In this document: in pieces, positions 17,766 through 28,565 of the stretch
How positions within the stretch are numbered: the stretch's first letter is position 1
Layout of the letters: every line of letters begins with the position of its first letter
The notes under the pieces: generated by a model
Database searches by the model: none
What the model saw: only the letters and a program-made list of their open reading frames with translations
Told to the model about the DNA's origin: nothing
DNA from: a bacterium
Lineage (GTDB): Bacteria; Cyanobacteriota; Vampirovibrionia; Gastranaerophilales; Gastranaerophilaceae
NCBI GenBank assembly: GCA_017633675.1
Contig: JAGBOW010000033.1
Coordinates: 1-45,933, forward strand
Direction of reading: 5' to 3'
Length of the DNA: 45,933 nt
Program-made: the position numbers and the translations under genes

Positions 17766-20576
17766 ATGAGCAGTGAAACAACAAAAAAAGAGTACAAAGA
17801 TACTTTAAATCTACCGCAAACCACACTTGCAATGAGAGCAAATGCAACTGTCAGAGAACTTGAAATCCAAAAATTTTGGGAAGAAAACAAGATTTACGAA
17901 AAAATAATCGGACAACGTGATAAAGCAAACAAATTTATCCTGCATGACGGCCCTCCGTATTTAAGCTCCGAAAAAATCCACGTTGGTACTGCTTTAAATA
18001 AAATTTTGAAAGATATTTTGTTAAAATACAAGGCTCAATCCGGTTATTATACACCGTATGTTCCGGGTTATGATGCTCATGGACTTCCGATTGAAAACGC
18101 TGTTGTAAAAAATATTAAAGGCGGAAGAAATGCCTTAACACCTTTTGAACTAAGACAAAAATGCAGAGAATATGCTCATAAAAGTCTTTTAGGGCAGGAA
18201 AGCGCATTTAAAAGACTGGGGGTTTTAGGTAATTGGGCAAATCCTTATTTGACAATCAAGCCCGAATTTGAAGCAGAACAGGTCAGAGTTTTTGGCGAAA
18301 TGTTCAAGAAAGGTTATATTGAAAAAGGTTTGAAACCCGTTTACTGGTGCGCATCATGCGAAACAGCATTAGCTGAGGCCGAAGTCGAATACGCCGACCA
18401 CACCTCAACCTCAATTTATGTAAGATTTAAATTTGATGAAGAAAGTACTGATAAATTACATAATCAGCTTGCCTTCCTGACTTCCTGCCCTCTGTATGCT
18501 GTTATTTGGACCACAACCCCATGGACAATCCCTTCAAATATGGCAATAAGTATGCACCCGAGATATGAATATACTTTCTTTGAATATAAAAAGGATATTT
18601 ATGTTGTGGCACAAGAACTTTTGGGAAGTTTCCTTAAAGACGTTGAATGGGAAGAAAGTGATATTAAGGTTTTAGGTTCTTGCAAAGGTCAGGATTTGGA
18701 ACTTTTGAACACAACTCACCCGCTGGTAAACAGAAAATCACCGATAATTTTGGGTGAACACGTTACGCTTGATGCAGGTACGGGTTCTGTTCATACCGCT
18801 CCGGGACATGGTCTTGAGGACTATGAAGTCGGCTGTAAATACGGTATCGAAGTATTTTCACCGTTAGATTCAAAAGGTGTTTGGACGGATACGGTTAAAG
18901 ACCCTGATTTGGAGGGCGTTCCGTATTACAAAGGAAACGAAATTGTTATAGAAAAACTGAAAAATTGCGGTGCGTTATTGAAAGCACAGGATATAAACCA
19001 CAGTTATCCTCACTGTTGGAGATGCAAACACCCCGTAATCTACAGAGCAACGCCTCAATGGTTTGTAAAAGTAGACAAATTCAGAGATAAAGCGTTAGAG
19101 GAAATCAAAAAAGTAAAATGGATTCCTGCAGGCGGAGAGGCAAGAATTTCCAATATGGTTGCAGGAAGAACGGATTGGTGTATTTCCCGCCAACGTGCAT
19201 GGGGTGTACCTATCCCCGTATTTTACTGTGAAGATTGCGGAGAAGTAATAGTTACGGACGAAACAATTAACCATATTGCCGAAATCTTTGAAAAAGAAGG
19301 ATCTGATGCGTGGGTAAACCATACGGTAGAAGAACTTTTGCCTGAAAACTTTGTTTGTCCTAAATGTGGCAAAAATCACTTTAAAAAATAAAACGACATT
19401 ATGGACGTTTGGTTTGATTCCGGTATAACTTGGCGCGCAGTTGTTAACAAACGCTCAGAAGAACTTGGTACAACTCCTGTTGAAATGTATTTGGAAGGTT
19501 CGGATCAGCACAGAGGCTGGTTCCAGTCATCTTTGTTGACATCAATTGCGACACAAGGGATTGCGCCTTACAAACAAGTTTTAACTCACGGATTTGTATT
19601 CGGAGAGGACGGCAGAAAGATGTCAAAATCTCTCGGAAACTACATCAGACCTGATGATATTATCAAAAACTACGGTGCGGATATATTGAGATTATGGGCA
19701 GCATCAGTAGATTACAGAAACGATACTAAAATCGGCGACAATATAATCAAACAGCTTGCCGAAATTTTCAAAAAGACAAGAAATACCGCAAGATTTTTGC
19801 TAGGAAATTTATTTGACTTTGACCCTGAAGTTGATTATGTTGATTATGAAAATTTGAAAGAAATCGACAAATTTGCATTACATAAATTGAACAAACTAAT
19901 CGTATCTGTTACGGAAGCATTTGAAAATTACGAATTTTACAAGTATTTCCAACAGCTTCAAAACTTTGCGGTTGTGGATTTAAGTTCATTCTATCTTGAT
20001 ATCGTAAAGGACAGATTGTATACGGCAGGTAAAAAATCCTTATCCCGCAGAGCATGTCAGACAGTTTTGTATGAAACATTGCAAACATTGGTGAGAATGC
20101 TTGTTCCTGTAATGCCTCATCAGGCTGAAGATATTTGGATGAGTGTTCCGGAATGTCAAAAAGGCGGATTGATTAGTATTCTTTTATCCGATTGGTGCAA
20201 ACCGAATGACAAATGGAATAACGAAAAACTTGAAGAAGATTTTTCAAAAATTCTTAAAGCAAGAGAAGTTGTAACAAGGGCAATTGAACCGTTGAGAGCC
20301 GAAAAACAGGTCGGAAGTTCTTTGGAAGTTGCGGTGTATGTTAATATTGACGATAATGCAGTGTTAAAGAATAATGAAGATGAACTTTGCAACATATTTA
20401 TTACATCACAGGCTTATGTAACTTCAGACAAACCCGAAAATGTTCTGAACGAATACAAAGAGGACGGTTACACTATTTGGGTTTGCAGAGCTGAAGGCGA
20501 AAAATGCGAACGCTGCTGGAAATACCGCAAACTAAATTCCGACGGCATTTGCGAAGAATGTGCAGAAGCAATATAA
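17766..20576 (+). CDS. ileS: Isoleucine--tRNA ligase, interrupted by one in-frame TAA at 19389-19391
   Basis: HDGPPY, HVGT, WTTTPWT, DWCISRQR, DVWFDSG, KMSKS and a C-terminal CxxC zinc finger; both ORF halves are in the same frame. Confidence 0.93.
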
Positions 20577-20577
20577 G

Positions 20578-20604
20578 AAAGACGAGGTCTCAAGCCTCGT
20601 TTTT
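20578..20604 (+). terminator. Terminator hairpin after ileS
   Basis: aaagacgagg-tctcaag-cctcgttttt. Confidence 0.6.
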
Positions 20605-20943
20605 CTTCCAATATACTTTGAATTTTTTCACATTATCAATAGTTATTTTGTAATCTCCGCTAAAACATATTGCCCTGTCATTAATATGCAGATATGCAGG
20701 GATTTTTACATTTGTTATATCTTTGAAATATTTATCAATTCTATTATCAATAAGCCATTGTGTTGACAGTTTAAGATTTCTTGTTGTAAACAAATATAAT
20801 TTCCCCATGCATGAAAGTTCTTTCAAAAATTCTTCCACACCATCTCTCATTTCAGGAATATAATTTTCATCAAATTTATTCGTTCCGTAGTTATTAAGAA
20901 CTCCGTCTAAATCAATTAAAAATTTTTTCATAAATTTATCCAT
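20590..20943 (-). CDS. Small HAD-superfamily hydrolase-like protein
   Basis: IDLDGVL motif I, FTTR motif II and KIPA...INDRA. Confidence 0.7.
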   Translation of the reverse strand: MDKFMKKFLIDLDGVLNNYGTNKFDENYIPEMRDGVEEFLKELSCMGKLYLFTTRNLKLSTQWLIDNRIDKYFKDITNVKIPAYLHINDRAICFSGDYKITIDNVKKFKVYWKKNEA

Positions 20944-20998
20944 TTTTGTTCTCTTTTAGACTACATACTTTTACTTCATTATAGCTGAAAATAAATCT

Positions 20999-21220
20999 AT
21001 GGCAAATGATTCTAAAAAATTAATAATTTTAGGCAGAAACATTCAAAATGCCAGAAAAAACATGAAGTTATCTCAGAATGAACTTGCCGAAAAATTGAGT
21101 ATATCAAGAGAACATTTAGCCAAAATAGAAACAGCCAAAAGAGGAATCAGTATAAAATTATTATTTAAAATTTCTGATGTTTTATCAGTTTCGGAAAAAG
21201 ATTTATTTAATTTTGAATAA
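20999..21220 (+). CDS. XRE-family HTH transcriptional regulator
   Basis: LSQNELAEKLSISREHLAKIETAKRGISIKLL. Confidence 0.9.
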   Translation: MANDSKKLIILGRNIQNARKNMKLSQNELAEKLSISREHLAKIETAKRGISIKLLFKISDVLSVSEKDLFNFE

Positions 21221-21233
21221 TATCTTATGGTTT

Positions 21234-22739
21234 TTATTGTTTATAATTTCTTATACCTGTTGTAATCATTGCTATACCGTATTTGTTACAAACATCAATA
21301 AGCTGTTGATCTTTAACCGAACCTCCGGGTTGAATAATCAAATTAATCCTTGCCTGAACTGCAGAATATATGGAATCTTCCGATTGAATGGCGGAATCCG
21401 TAGCCAAAACAGCCTCTTTTGAATTATCACAGGCATAATTCAATGCCCATTCTATCGCAGGCAGCACATTTGTATGACCCTGCGCAATTGCCGAAGTCTT
21501 GAAATCTCTTGCAACAACAGCAGAATTTGTTTTGGCATATTTTACGACCTTCCAGGCAAATATTGCATCTTCAATTTGTTCGGGTGTAGGTTTTTCCCTT
21601 GTAACAACTTTAAACATATCTTTATCAAGTTCGCTGTTGTTTCTGTCCTGAACCAAAACTCCAAACGGCGTCATAATAACTTCTTCCATAGTCAGACGAC
21701 GATATTCTTTTAAAGATGTATTTAATTTTAAAAGTTTTATTTCCGAATTATCTTTAAATATCTCAAGTGCATTATCATCAAAGCCAGGAGCAATAACAAC
21801 TTCTACAGACATTGAGTTTAAATGTTTTGCAACCTCTGTATCAACTTTTTTCGAAAAACCGACAACTCCGTAAAAAGAACTTATCGGATCACAATCAAAA
21901 GCTTTTGTATATGCTTCATACAAAGAACGTCCCAATGCAACACCGCAAGGTTTTCCATGCCTTATAATAGTGACACAATTTACATCATAAAATTCACTGA
22001 CAACATTTACGGCAGTTGTAATATCTATTATATTATTAAAAGATAATTCAGCTTCATTCAGTATTTCATAATCGGCCATTTTATCCGTTTTATATATTGA
22101 ACTTTTTTGGTGCGGATTTTCGCCGTATGCCAAATCTTTCATCTTCTCAAAATTAAATATTTTAAACGGTTTTTCACCGGTATGTTCGGCTAAATTGCCG
22201 CAAATCAATCTGTCATAGTTTGCGGTAACATTAAAAGCTTTTGCGGCTAATTTAAGTCTGCCGAATTCATTTGCATTCAGAGCAACATAATAATCAACTT
22301 TATCGGTTATAACCGTAACATTTTTATAGTTTTTAGCTGCCGCACGGAGTAATGTTATTCCGACTATATCAATATCTTTTATAATATCATCAGGGTTTGA
22401 ATTTTTTGATTCTATAACTTCAAACGGGCATAAATTTACCACAACCATATCAAAAGGTTTTATAATTGCTTTTTCTTTAGCCGTTAATTCACCTAAATCA
22501 TTACTGTTCGCCAATACACTTGCCAAAAAAGTTTCATTGAAAACTTCGTAATCCTGTTTCAAAAGCCCTGCAAAATTTGAAAATTCCGAAACATTTATAA
22601 CCTCAATACCTGCATTAACAAGTACTTCATACGTATTGCCGCATGACACAATTTCGTAATCAAATTTATCAACAAGATTTTTCGCAAAATCAACTAAACC
22701 TACTTTGTCATATACACTAATAAATGCTCGTCTTTTCAT
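21234..22739 (-). CDS. purH: PurH-like protein (AICAR transformylase/IMP cyclohydrolase fold) with degenerate catalytic motifs
   Basis: RAFISVYDK, RAAAKNY, YGENPHQ, PCGVA and IIQPGGSVKD are retained; several active-site motifs are altered. Confidence 0.8.
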   Translation of the reverse strand: MKRRAFISVYDKVGLVDFAKNLVDKFDYEIVSCGNTYEVLVNAGIEVINVSEFSNFAGLLKQDYEVFNETFLASVLANSNDLGELTAKEKAIIKPFDMVVVNLCPFEVIESKNSNPDDIIKDIDIVGITLLRAAAKNYKNVTVITDKVDYYVALNANEFGRLKLAAKAFNVTANYDRLICGNLAEHTGEKPFKIFNFEKMKDLAYGENPHQKSSIYKTDKMADYEILNEAELSFNNIIDITTAVNVVSEFYDVNCVTIIRHGKPCGVALGRSLYEAYTKAFDCDPISSFYGVVGFSKKVDTEVAKHLNSMSVEVVIAPGFDDNALEIFKDNSEIKLLKLNTSLKEYRRLTMEEVIMTPFGVLVQDRNNSELDKDMFKVVTREKPTPEQIEDAIFAWKVVKYAKTNSAVVARDFKTSAIAQGHTNVLPAIEWALNYACDNSKEAVLATDSAIQSEDSIYSAVQARINLIIQPGGSVKDQQLIDVCNKYGIAMITTGIRNYKQ

Positions 22740-22878
22740 AATTGTCCCTCAAATTTAATATTATACTTAACTTTATTATAACAGCTTAAATTAATTTTGA
22801 TATTTTCTTAGCATTTCGTAACTATTTATTTTATAAAAATCATGTCTTTGCTATATTATAGAAAAAGAGGTTTTATAA

Positions 22879-23469
22879 ATGTCAAATAACAGAATAACTG
22901 AAGGTGTTGGTCAAAAAATAGTTGATGCTTTAAGAAAGCAGTCAGAAATTGATATTCAAAATGTTACAATGAATGCTTTACCGCCGGAACAAAATTATTC
23001 ACAGAATAATTCCGTTGAATTTACCGATAATTTTGATGACGAAACAGATGATTTCGGAGAAAAAATCGAATTTTCCAATCCGGTTGAACAAAATTACACA
23101 ATGCCGTATACTCCCCAGCAATCTTATAACAAGGAAATGTTTGCGGCAGAGCTTGATGATTTTGAAGTGCCTGCAAATGTTGCAGTATTAAAGCAATTAA
23201 TTACCCAATTGCCGTCCGGAGTTTCAAGACAAACCGGAGCCCAGATAATTAAACAAACTATGGAAGCTTTGGGTATTTCAATGAAAAGTGTTTTACAGGA
23301 AGCACAACAGGTTCAAGATAATCTCAACGGCACATCAAAGGAATGTCAAGCATCTATTGTTGAACATAAAAAGCAGATAGGTATATTGGAAAGACAATCA
23401 CAAAAACTTCAGCGTCAATCCTCTGCCTTAAACGATATAATAACTTTATTTGTTCAGACAGGTATTTAA
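22879..23469 (+). CDS. Hypothetical protein with a C-terminal coiled coil
   Basis: 196-aa ORF with gagg RBS. Confidence 0.7.
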   Translation: MSNNRITEGVGQKIVDALRKQSEIDIQNVTMNALPPEQNYSQNNSVEFTDNFDDETDDFGEKIEFSNPVEQNYTMPYTPQQSYNKEMFAAELDDFEVPANVAVLKQLITQLPSGVSRQTGAQIIKQTMEALGISMKSVLQEAQQVQDNLNGTSKECQASIVEHKKQIGILERQSQKLQRQSSALNDIITLFVQTGI

Positions 23470-23489
23470 TAATAAATTAATAATCAACA

Positions 23490-24254
23490 CTAATATTTTA
23501 TTTCCTGCAATATATTTTCCGATTTGAATTTTTTTGCGGAACGATTGTTGATGTATTCTTTTAAAAGTTCAAAACATACACTGCATACTTTTTCGTTTGC
23601 TTTTTTATCATAATCGGATACATAGTCAAAATCATATTGCAAACATGCATTTAAAAAATCTCTCAGTTTATAATGAAGCAAATTTTTTACTTTTAATGTT
23701 TGGTTGCAGTCCGAACATATAATTCCGCCCATTTGGGAAGAAAAATACATGTTTTCCGATTTTACATGTTCTCCGCAGCACAAACAGGTATCAAGTTCAA
23801 TTCCAAACCCCGAAATCTGCATCATTTTTATTTGAAATTTTATTACCGATAACATAATTTCTATGTTACTTGCTGCATTTGAAATTTTATCCAAAGCTTT
23901 ATATAAAATATCATAGACTTCACCTGAACAAGGATCGTCTTCTACCCCAAAATTACTCACAACTTCCGAAATGTACATTGAATAAAATATTTTATCCATA
24001 TTTTGACGGGTATTTTTAAAAGTATTCAGAGCTTCAGCCTGACAAATTCTGTCCATATTTTTACCCTTGTACAGCATTAATTTATTTGCAACAAGCAAAT
24101 CCATTCTTGCTCCAAGCTTGCTTTTTGGTTTTTTAACCCCTTTTGCAACTCCTCTTATGAGCCCTTTATCTTTTGAATACATTACAACAATCTTATCAGC
24201 TTCACTGAGATTGTATGATTTTAAATTAATAGCATCAGTAACAAAATTATACAT
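23490..24254 (-). CDS. recO: DNA repair protein RecO
   Basis: EADKIVVMYSKDKGLIRGVAKG and CxxC...CxxC; start corrected to MYNFVTDAI, which overlaps the pilT stop. Confidence 0.92.
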   Translation of the reverse strand: MYNFVTDAINLKSYNLSEADKIVVMYSKDKGLIRGVAKGVKKPKSKLGARMDLLVANKLMLYKGKNMDRICQAEALNTFKNTRQNMDKIFYSMYISEVVSNFGVEDDPCSGEVYDILYKALDKISNAASNIEIMLSVIKFQIKMMQISGFGIELDTCLCCGEHVKSENMYFSSQMGGIICSDCNQTLKVKNLLHYKLRDFLNACLQYDFDYVSDYDKKANEKVCSVCFELLKEYINNRSAKKFKSENILQEIKY

Positions 24255-25350
24255 TACCCGATCCGTTAAACGTACCATGATATACACCACGCAACATTTG
24301 CTGCAATTCCGTCTTGTTATCGGAATATGTATTAGCCGTTTCTTCGGAAATAAGTCCTCTGTCGAAAAGTCTGTACAATGATGCATTCATTGTAATCATA
24401 TTGTTGAATGTACCCTTCTTAACAAGTTCATAAATATCTTCCAATTTGTCTTTCTCGATAAAATCCTTTACTGTCGGGGTAACAACAAGAACTTCGCATG
24501 CCGGTACACGTCCCGTACTGTCTTTTAAAGGAACTAATTTTTGAGAAACCGTTCCTCTGAGAACTGCCGCAAGTTGTGAACGAACAAAATCCCTGTCAGC
24601 GGGTTCAAACATATTGATAATTCTGTTACATGTTTGAATAGCATCATTTGTGTGAATTGTTGCAAATACTAAGTGTCCTGTTTCTGCAGCACTAAGAGCC
24701 GCATCAACAGTAGCCCTATCTCTGATTTCACCTACAAATATAACATCAGGGTCTTGTCTTAACGCATATTTTATACCGCTCGGAAAACTGGGAGTATCAA
24801 CCAAAACCTGACGCTGAGAAACTATTGATTTTTTGTTGCTGAATACAAATTCGATAGGATCTTCAATAGTTACAATATGTTTTTGGTAATTTGTATTGAT
24901 GTAATCAATTAAAGATGCAATTGTAGTTGATTTTCCGGAACCTGTCGGCCCTGTAACAAGAATCAGACCATTATTCAGGTTTGAGAATTGCTCAATTGAT
25001 TCGGGAAGATTTAATTCCGGAAATTTTTTAATATTATAAGGAATTGCCCTTGCTACAAGAGAAAATTTACCGAGCTGACGGTTTAAATTAACCCTGAAAC
25101 GGGATACTCCCGGTATTTCATACGCAAAGTCCAAATCAAACACATCACTGATATGTTCCAAAAGATGCGGCGGAATAATAGCCTCATACGCAGCTTTTAA
25201 ATCATCATCAGTTAAAAACGGCATATCAATTTTGATTATTTTTCCCCCGACTCTTATTGTCGGATGTTCGCCAATTTGTAAATGTACATCAGACGCACCA
25301 ATAGTTACCGCTTTTTTTAAAAAACCTTTTATGTCGAAATTGCTACCCAT
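24247..25350 (-). CDS. pilT: Type IV pilus retraction ATPase PilT/PilU
   Basis: GASDVHL, GPTGSGKST, TIEDPIE, LRQDPDVIFVGEIRD and TGHLVFATIHTN. Confidence 0.92.
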   Translation of the reverse strand: MGSNFDIKGFLKKAVTIGASDVHLQIGEHPTIRVGGKIIKIDMPFLTDDDLKAAYEAIIPPHLLEHISDVFDLDFAYEIPGVSRFRVNLNRQLGKFSLVARAIPYNIKKFPELNLPESIEQFSNLNNGLILVTGPTGSGKSTTIASLIDYINTNYQKHIVTIEDPIEFVFSNKKSIVSQRQVLVDTPSFPSGIKYALRQDPDVIFVGEIRDRATVDAALSAAETGHLVFATIHTNDAIQTCNRIINMFEPADRDFVRSQLAAVLRGTVSQKLVPLKDSTGRVPACEVLVVTPTVKDFIEKDKLEDIYELVKKGTFNNMITMNASLYRLFDRGLISEETANTYSDNKTELQQMLRGVYHGTFNGSGNV

Positions 25351-25608
25351 AAATCTCCCTCTGTAACATTATTATAGCAATTATATTAAATAATTACAAT
25401 ATTTTTTAATATGTAACAAAAATTTAACAAAAAACATAAAAAAGTCAATTTATAAAATCAAAAATACTTTATATAAATGTAAGGGAAATTTCAAATTATT
25501 TAATCAAAAAATTGGATATTAAAAATAATCAAAATTCGATTGAGAATAAAGATTAAAGAAAAGGCTTATTTTATACTCTCTCTCTTAATATCCTCGTGTT
25601 TATTTAAT

Positions 25609-25635
25609 GTTGCCATACTTTGGCAACTTTTTTTT
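25609..25635 (+). terminator. Intrinsic terminator with no upstream plus-strand ORF
   Basis: gttgcca-tactt-tggcaac followed by a T run. Confidence 0.7.
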
Positions 25636-25650
25636 GCTTGTAATACAAAT

Positions 25651-26031
25651 CTAATTTATATCGAAAAATTTGCTTCCGATTTGATTTTCAAAATTAGAAC
25701 AAATTAATTTTTCATCTTCCGTTGTTATTGAAAAATGATTATAACTAACAGAATTCAGCATATTCCTGAATTTCACGGCAAGTTTTCTTAAATCAGGATA
25801 TTTTTCATACAAATACTGTTGAGCATGAAGGTAATCCTTCCCGCGTTCTTCAACTGTTGAACTGATATGTTTTTGTAAAACTCCTGCAACAGTTCTGTCA
25901 AAAGTATCGGATCTTTTACCAATAACTTCAGAACCTGACATTATGCACATAATATCTCTGGCAGGATATTTATCGCCAAATGAAGGATATTTTCTTTGAG
26001 AATAAATATTTAAATAAGGACTAATTTCCAT
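25651..26031 (-). CDS. Hypothetical protein
   Basis: aaggag RBS; N-terminus MEISPYLNIYSQRKYPSFG. Confidence 0.65.
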   Translation of the reverse strand: MEISPYLNIYSQRKYPSFGDKYPARDIMCIMSGSEVIGKRSDTFDRTVAGVLQKHISSTVEERGKDYLHAQQYLYEKYPDLRKLAVKFRNMLNSVSYNHFSITTEDEKLICSNFENQIGSKFFDIN

Positions 26032-26143
26032 TATTTTCTCCTTTTCGTTTGCTTAAAAAAGTAAGAAAAAATAATTTTGTTAGTTTAGTTTCAAATATTA
26101 ATAAATATTAAATAAACTTATGTGGTCTTATTGCCCTAAAGAC

Positions 26144-27082
26144 CTATCGCTTTATAGCATTATAATTTAACGTTTCGATATATTTAACCGCATAAACGGC
26201 TCCGACAGCTCCGTCAGATACTGCAGTAACAACTTGTCTTAAAGGAGTTTTTCTGACATCACCGATTGCGAAAACTCCTTCAACAGAAGTCTGCATAGTT
26301 TCGTCAGTAATAATAAAACCTCTTGCGTCCTGTTGTAATTGTCCTGAAAATAATTCGACATTCGGTGTCATTCCGATATACGGAAATACTCCGTTTACAG
26401 ATAAATTTGAAATTTCGCCAGTTTTTACGTTTTCAATAACAACGTTATTCACAAGATTTTCACCCTGAATTTCTTTTACTACACTATCCCAGACAAATTC
26501 AAGTTTTTCATTTTTAAATGCTCTTTCCTGAACTATTTTATCAGCTCTTAGTTCATTTCTTCTATGAATTACATAAACTTTATCCGCAAATTTTGTCAAA
26601 TACACAGCTTCCTCAACGGCAGAATTTCCGCCTCCGACTACTGCAACGACTTTGTTTTTGTAAAACGCACCGTCACAAACTGCACAATAACTTACCCCTC
26701 TGCCTATGAATTCTTTTTCACCCATGACACCTAACTTCATAGGTTGTGCACCTGTTGCAATTATTATTGATTTTGCCTGAAATTCGTATTCCCCCGTTGT
26801 AATTTTTTTGTTTTTCAAATCAACGAATTTAATCTCCTGCATAGGAAATTTATTTACTCCGAATTTATCGGCATGCTCCTCAAATTTTTCCATCAAATCA
26901 TACCCGCCTATTAACTGAAATCCGGGATAATTTTCAAGTTCAAGATAGTTTGACGGCTGTCCGCCAAACATATTTGTATCAACAATAGCTGTTGAAACCG
27001 CTCCTCTGCCCGCATAAATAGCGGCTGAAAGTCCTGCAGGACCTCCGCCTAATATAACGGTATCAAAATTTAATTTTTCCAT
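26144..27082 (-). CDS. trxB: Thioredoxin-disulfide reductase
   Basis: GGGPAG, GVSYCAVCDG, GGGNSA and HRRNELRA. Confidence 0.96.
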   Translation of the reverse strand: MEKLNFDTVILGGGPAGLSAAIYAGRGAVSTAIVDTNMFGGQPSNYLELENYPGFQLIGGYDLMEKFEEHADKFGVNKFPMQEIKFVDLKNKKITTGEYEFQAKSIIIATGAQPMKLGVMGEKEFIGRGVSYCAVCDGAFYKNKVVAVVGGGNSAVEEAVYLTKFADKVYVIHRRNELRADKIVQERAFKNEKLEFVWDSVVKEIQGENLVNNVVIENVKTGEISNLSVNGVFPYIGMTPNVELFSGQLQQDARGFIITDETMQTSVEGVFAIGDVRKTPLRQVVTAVSDGAVGAVYAVKYIETLNYNAIKR

Positions 27083-27088
27083 TTATCC

Positions 27089-27583
27089 TCATTTCCCTGT
27101 AATACCGGTTCCGGAAATCTTTTCACCTTTCAGAATATATACTGCCGTATCCGTTTTAACTAATTTCCCGTCAATTGGTGAATATGTTTCCAAAATCAGT
27201 GAATTTATACCCGTAAAAGTGTCCCCTGAAAGCTTTATATCAACCGTGTCGGTTAAGATTTTATTAAAATCATAACTTCCCTTTTTTGTAAATCTTATCA
27301 TGTTCCCTTCTACATAATCCACATTTACAGATGCCTCAGCTCCCGTAAACGGATTACTTAAATTAATGACGTTACCCGAACGTGATAAGTTCCAAAAATC
27401 TACAGTCTGAGGTCTGAAATTCATACTTCCTGATTGTTTGGAAACTTTTGCCGCAACTCTCCAGCTTCCGTAAAAAGTATCGGGAACCAAATCCACTGAT
27501 ACACCGGCTTTTAATGTTTCCGCAGATACAGAAACACCCATAAACAATAAAAATATAACAATTAAATTCTTTAAATATTTCAT
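27089..27583 (-). CDS. Secreted hypothetical protein
   Basis: Signal peptide ending in VSA; beta-rich mature part. Confidence 0.75.
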   Translation of the reverse strand: MKYLKNLIVIFLLFMGVSVSAETLKAGVSVDLVPDTFYGSWRVAAKVSKQSGSMNFRPQTVDFWNLSRSGNVINLSNPFTGAEASVNVDYVEGNMIRFTKKGSYDFNKILTDTVDIKLSGDTFTGINSLILETYSPIDGKLVKTDTAVYILKGEKISGTGITGK

Positions 27584-27643
27584 AATACGATATTAATTAT
27601 TTTATCATATATTTCAAGATTTGGAAAATTATTTATCATTCTT

Positions 27644-28483
27644 TTAATTTTTTAGTAATTCTTCGGATAATTTACCGAAAGTTTCTATTGATAATTTTTC
27701 GCCTCTTGTATTTTCATCTAAATCTAAGGTTTTTAATGCTCTTAATATTTTTTCTTTATCAAATCCTGCAGACACAAGACAATTTTTGATATTTTTTCTT
27801 CGCTGAGAAAATGCACCCTTAACAGTTTTTCTGAAATGTGTATAATCCGTTAAATCCAAAAGCGGCTTTTCTCTGACAACAAGTTTAACAAGTGCAGAAT
27901 TAACTTTCGGGGCAGGGAAAAATGATTTTCTGCCGACAAGTTTCATAATCTTCACATTTGCCCAAAACTGTGAAAGTATTGTCAAAAGTCCGTATTGTTT
28001 TGACGGGGAATTTTCCGTCGCAACCATTCTTCTTGCGACTTCTTCCTGAACCATCAAGAGAATATCAGTTATTTTGTTACGGTTTTTATTATTTAAATCA
28101 TCAATTTCGCCCAAAAGATGCGCCAAAATAGGACTTGTAATATAGTAAGGGATATTTGCAACAATTTTAATTTTGCCCTCACACAATTCCGACAAATCCT
28201 GTTTCAAAATATCATTGTGAATAATTTTTAAATTAGGTGCATTGAGTTTTTCAAGCTCTTTTATCGCTTCTTCATCAAGTTCGATTGCTATAACCTGTTT
28301 GGCATGTTTTACGAGTTGTTCAGTTACAAAACCGACACCCGCCCCGATTTCAACAACAGTATCATCAGATTTAATTTCCGCAAAATTAATAATATCGGAT
28401 ATTGTCTGACCGTCAATTAAAAAATTTTGACCTAATCTTTTTTTTGTTCTGAAATATTTTGCCCGTTCGAAGTAATTCATCAT
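27644..28483 (-). CDS. rsmA: 16S rRNA adenine dimethyltransferase
   Basis: KKRLGQNFL, EIGAGVG, ANIPYYIT and FFPAPKVNS. Confidence 0.96.
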   Translation of the reverse strand: MMNYFERAKYFRTKKRLGQNFLIDGQTISDIINFAEIKSDDTVVEIGAGVGFVTEQLVKHAKQVIAIELDEEAIKELEKLNAPNLKIIHNDILKQDLSELCEGKIKIVANIPYYITSPILAHLLGEIDDLNNKNRNKITDILLMVQEEVARRMVATENSPSKQYGLLTILSQFWANVKIMKLVGRKSFFPAPKVNSALVKLVVREKPLLDLTDYTHFRKTVKGAFSQRRKNIKNCLVSAGFDKEKILRALKTLDLDENTRGEKLSIETFGKLSEELLKN

Positions 28484-28565
28484 GACAATTATAATAACAC
28501 AGACAGGTAAATGTTTTAAAAAATCTTTTTTGATAAGTTTCTGCTATAATAGAAAAGGAGTTAAT

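Noticed and set aside
19389-19391. TAA stop-codon reassignment
   Set aside because: TAA terminates many genes in the window and no other conserved gene is interrupted.
24255-24386. N-terminal extension of recO
   Set aside because: It overlaps the pilT coding region; RecO similarity starts at MYNFVTDAI.
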